Origin: Phyllobates terribilis
Taxonomy: Eukaryota
Length of the DNA stretch: 64,000 nucleotides
Direction of reading: 5' to 3'
NCBI RefSeq assembly: GCF_046119375.1
Contig: NW_027362765.1
Location: 361,956,001-362,020,000, forward strand
Both the position numbers and the translations under genes were made by a program. The notes under the pieces were generated by a model, which worked only from the letters and a program-made list of their open reading frames with translations, did not search any database and was not told the origin of the DNA. Below are positions 60,301-64,000 of the stretch, one piece after another. Within the stretch, counting starts at the first letter, position 1. Every line of letters begins with the position of its first letter.

Positions 60301-61534
60301 TGTCAAGCATACAGGCCACCATGCGCTTCACCTCTTGATAGAGTGTTGGGGGGATTTGACGATAACGTTCCCTAATAGGAGGAGTATCCCCTGTGGGAAT
60401 CTCATGCTCAATCGTCTGGGAACAACCGAAATCCTCCGCATGTCGCGAAAAGGTCTCTTGATGTTCCCACAAGACCTTCTCCAGCTGCTCCAATTGCACG
60501 GGGGTCAGTTTCTCCCGATCCAATCCCATCTGGTACATGATCACACGACCATTCCATTCTTCGGTAGGAGATTCGGTCTGGCCTACTTCAACCGCGAACG
60601 TCCAGGAAGACTATTCATCTGAGCGAAGTTCAAACACTGTCTTATCAGGCACCTTCCCTGCTTGCACGAACAATTCAGCCAGAATGGTCCCAGCAGGAAT
60701 TGTAACAGCCTCATCTAAAACGTTGATACATCTGACTGGCACCTGTCCATTCTTCACAATCGCCAGAGACCGGGCCACATGCGCATTGGCCAACGAGGAT
60801 TTCTCTGGGGCTGGCTCGATGAGTACTTCAAGCCCATTTAGTCTCTGCGCAACCCCCACCGGTAACATTAAGAGTTCTTCATGCCGGGGCGCGAGCGAGA
60901 TCGGGATCCGCGATGGCACTCGGACCAGGCCCACCCGACCCCCAGGGACCGCACTCTTCAGGAGATCGCAACTCAGCACTAGACGGTGTAACATTCTCTG
61001 GGTGGGTCGATGGTGGGTAGCACTTGCCCAGTATCTGGGTCCCTCCCTGGCATACATCTGATGATTTAAATCTCACAGAACGTTCATTCCGAGCGTCACC
61101 TCCATCCCTCTTCTGGGAGGGTGGTCCACCAGCACTATTCCTTTCTGACCCAGCTCTTGACCAAACATTTTCAGTTGCATCCACACGATCCCCTTCACCG
61201 TCAGTTGGCCATTGTTAGCGGCTGTAAGCCTTATAACTCGGCCGTCCTCGGGAACCATGAGTTGACTGAAGTGCCTTTCGTACACCTCTAAGGGCATTAT
61301 GGTACATTCGGATCCTGTGTCGACCAAGCATCTCATCTTCCGCCCTTCAAACTCTGCTTCCAGCACTGGACTGCATGCGAACAAATCTTGTTCTTTCCGT
61401 CGAGGGCTTTGTGTGGGGTGGGCCGCTGCTGCTCGCCCTCTCATGGCAGCAGCTGGGAGTTTAACGCCGGCGAAGGAGGCTCCAGGGCTGCAGACATCCG
61501 GCAGTACCGGGAGATGTGTCCCCGACGCCCACAC
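57380..61534 (-). pseudogene. pol: Disrupted pol of the tRNA-Ser Gypsy
   Basis: Motifs CLVDTGSECT, YLDDIVVFG, LYTDGS, integrase ELLMIDY..RIHSDQGACF and C-terminal RRTTRTTAGIPPQRY. Several frameshifts. Confidence 0.92.
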
Positions 61535-62447
61535 CTCCAGCAGGTGACTGCTCCTCGTGGACGAGAACTTGGATCATTCAAGGGGGGCGACCTGGCAGAC
61601 TGTGGAACCACCATTCCAGAGGATGGGGCGGGTGGCCCTTCCGTAGGAGTAGGGACCGGCCCAGCTCTGAGTTTAGACACCTCCAGCTTTAACTCCTTCA
61701 GTTTGGCACGCAGAGCCTGTACAACGTTTACCAGTCCACCCCCTCCTGAAACTGGCGCCAGACCTCCCTCAAGCTGTGCACTGTCCACTGCCCCCTCGGT
61801 CCCAGAGTAGACTCCTCCTCCCTTTCCACCGCGGCCCGATAAATCTGCCAGAAGGATAATTCCGGGGTAGCTCGGGACATCTCCATCAGTTTGTCTCGAA
61901 GGAGTCTATTGGCTAACCCCATTATGAATTGATCCCGGAGTAAGCGGTCTACCTCTCGGAATACCCCCATGACCCCTGGGTCTGTTCGTTGCACCTCATT
62001 CAAAGTTTCCTGTAAAGTGTTCGAGTACTGCATCAAAGTCTCACATTCCCTTTGGGGCCGATTGAAAAACAAGGAACGAAGCTGGGCCACACGAGCCCGG
62101 CCTCCTGAACTCCCCTGTAACAGCTCCAAGATTTTCTCTAACGTGCTCCTCTCTGACTCTGGACGTACCATCACCATCCGCCTAGCGTCACCCTCTAGTG
62201 CATTTAATGCCAACTCTGCCCATAATGCGGGGGCCAGATTACACATCCGCAGCACTCTCCGAACCCTCTCAACCCAATCCTGCAACGGCATGTTACGCCC
62301 GTCGTATTTCGGCATGTGCTGGAGTAAAGCTCCTACCGGCACATATCCTCCCACAGTCGTCGTGGCTGCCAGGGGTTCTGCTACCAGCGGGGGGGCTGCT
62401 GGTACGGCAGAGTCATTTCTTCCCTCGCCTCCGTCCATGACATACAC
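61441..62447 (-). pseudogene. gag: gag of the tRNA-Ser Gypsy (capsid plus CCHC), one frameshift
   Basis: PKYDGRNMPLQDWVERV..QRECETLMQYSNTLQ..LLRDQFIMGL, followed by the knuckle CWRCGRRGHISRYC. Confidence 0.88.
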
Positions 62448-63695
62448 TGGATCCTGCTGACTACGCCAAAAATGTAATGACCAGAGGTCCGAGAGAGATC
62501 CAGTGAGTCACAAACTGAGACAGAGGCAGAAATAAACAACACTTTCTTTACTAAAACAGGGATTAGACTAAAATTCAGTATTGAATGAATCAGTCTCAGG
62601 TTCTGCCTGGGACACTGTCTCTACTAAATACACACAATCAGCAAAAGCTGAAATCAATGTGCCAATCTCAAGGTTTCCAGCTTATGTGAGTTATTCTAGT
62701 GATCTGGAACAATTTTACCTAAACACTGTGTCAGTCTAGTGAGGGCGGTATATGGGGACCCCCTGAGATGGCACACTGAGTACAATCCTATCACTATTAA
62801 CAATAACAATGCATGAAACTATACCAATTGCTCTTATTATCAGGATATCCAGATATCTTAAAGTTATGGTACCGTTAACCTCAGATGCAGTCTATCACAG
62901 GCCTGTGAATCACGGTGGCTGCAGCTAGTCCCGGAAAACTTTGGCGCCAAAACAAAAACAAAGTTCACAAAACAGCAAAAATTCCTTGCCTTGTCGGCCG
63001 ATGCCGAGCCCACACGCCGGGGACTTTAGTCCTGTTGCCTCAGATTAAGGTCTGGGAAGATCTCTTCACAAAGTCTTGTCAATATCCTCTCAGTGGAAAT
63101 AGCACCAGAAATCTTCTTTCCTCCCGAAGTCTCTCACTGTTATCCAGTACTCCAGCCGCGTGCTCAGTCACAGAAATGGATTCCTCAGTCCCTTCATCAC
63201 TCGACATGTGACTCCTTCAGCACAAAGTCTATAATCCACTCAGCATGGACCTCCACAAAACTCCACAGAGCCACACAGCTTCCCCAGCTCAGCACTTGTC
63301 CTTAAACAGAGAAAGGGGTAAACAAACTCCACACAGAAGAGTGTAAAGACAACGTCTTATTGCAGCTCCTTTTCACAGACTTCCTGTCTAGATTCACACA
63401 TCAGACACTCTAAGAATACACACAGTTTCTAGCACTGCCCCTCCTCTGAGCCCAGCCAGGCAAAAGTCACAGGGTCCTAGTGCTCTCCTGCTGTTATCAC
63501 ATTTCACACTCTCACATATCAATTGCAACCACAGAAATAGGTGATGACGAAGGTTTGGATTTCAATTTAAGATTTTCCAAAAAACCCTTATCAATCACAT
63601 TAAGTGTTGAACCACAATCCACAAATACCTGAAATTCAATCAAATCTCCCTGCAGAGTAGTACTCCCAGAAAGAAACACTCCTGCAGAGCGTAAA

Positions 63696-64000
63696 TGTGG
63701 CGCCCCTGAGGGTTCGACCGCCACAGGGATGCTGCACTTCCCTAATGGAGTGTAGTGTTCCTCCTCTGAGGTAAGAACAATGTGATGGTCAGGACCCTTC
63801 CTCCACATCCAACACCACACTTCTCCCACCAGAGGGGGCTAGAATGCACTAGGTGCTGCCCCTCCTGGTAATTGGGAGACTGGGAAACCAAGAGATAGGG
63901 GAACCATTTGGTGGGTGAGGGTGGAGGACTCACATTTTAGTGACACTGTAAATTTCATATTTAATACACAGCCATTTTGGTTCATGGTCTTTTGATGGTT
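63696..64000 (+). mobile_element. 5' part of an LTR related to 24854-26124 and 40131-41327, running off the window
   Basis: TGTGGCGCCCCTGAGGGTTCGACCGCCACAGGG start, with further similarity to 24854-25150. Confidence 0.85.

Larger units (their letters stand above)
56328..63516 (-). mobile_element. Ty3/Gypsy LTR retrotransposon, tRNA-Ser-primed, non-chromoviral
   Basis: 1044-bp LTRs at 56328-57371 and 62473-63516. 4-bp TSD TATC. PBS at 62451-62468 (17/18 to tRNA-Ser). Domain order gag-PR-RT-RH-IN. Confidence 0.95.
53194..63695 (-). mobile_element. Second family A chromoviral Gypsy (pol at 53200-56327 and 63517-63695), interrupted and running off the window
   Basis: Highly similar to 13800-17010. 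Its 3' LTR is reduced to TAACA. It contains a hAT MITE, a full Gypsy and a further LTR at 63696. Confidence 0.88.

Overview
Vertebrate genomic DNA, most likely an anuran (frog); that assignment is inferred from the T2/Kolobok, Harbinger and hAT MITE families present. No host protein-coding gene could be confidently recognised. The window is dominated by nested transposable elements whose boundaries can be read from target-site duplications (TSDs). An 18.2-kb hAT element (9214-27459, TSD CTCTCCAG) carries a degraded BED-finger transposase, a full chromoviral (Tf1/sushi-type) Gypsy element, other LTR relics, a non-autonomous hAT, MITEs and a Penelope-like piece with a hammerhead motif. A Tc1 element starting at 39750 is split by three, probably four, LTR insertions. 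Further chromoviral Gypsy copies and a tRNA-Ser-primed Gypsy (56328-63516) are also present, and all of their gag/pol ORFs are broken. The stand-out feature is a young non-autonomous LTR element at 40131-44926. It has about 99.5% identical 1197-bp LTRs, a 4-bp TSD, an 18-nt tRNA-Ser PBS and a PPT. Its only internal gene is an intact 569-aa ORF with no recognisable gag/pol motifs but a clear C-terminal cold-shock (Y-box/Lin28-type) RNA-binding domain. Related LTRs occur elsewhere in the window. Coordinates were read by eye and may be off by a few bases; no database searches were run.
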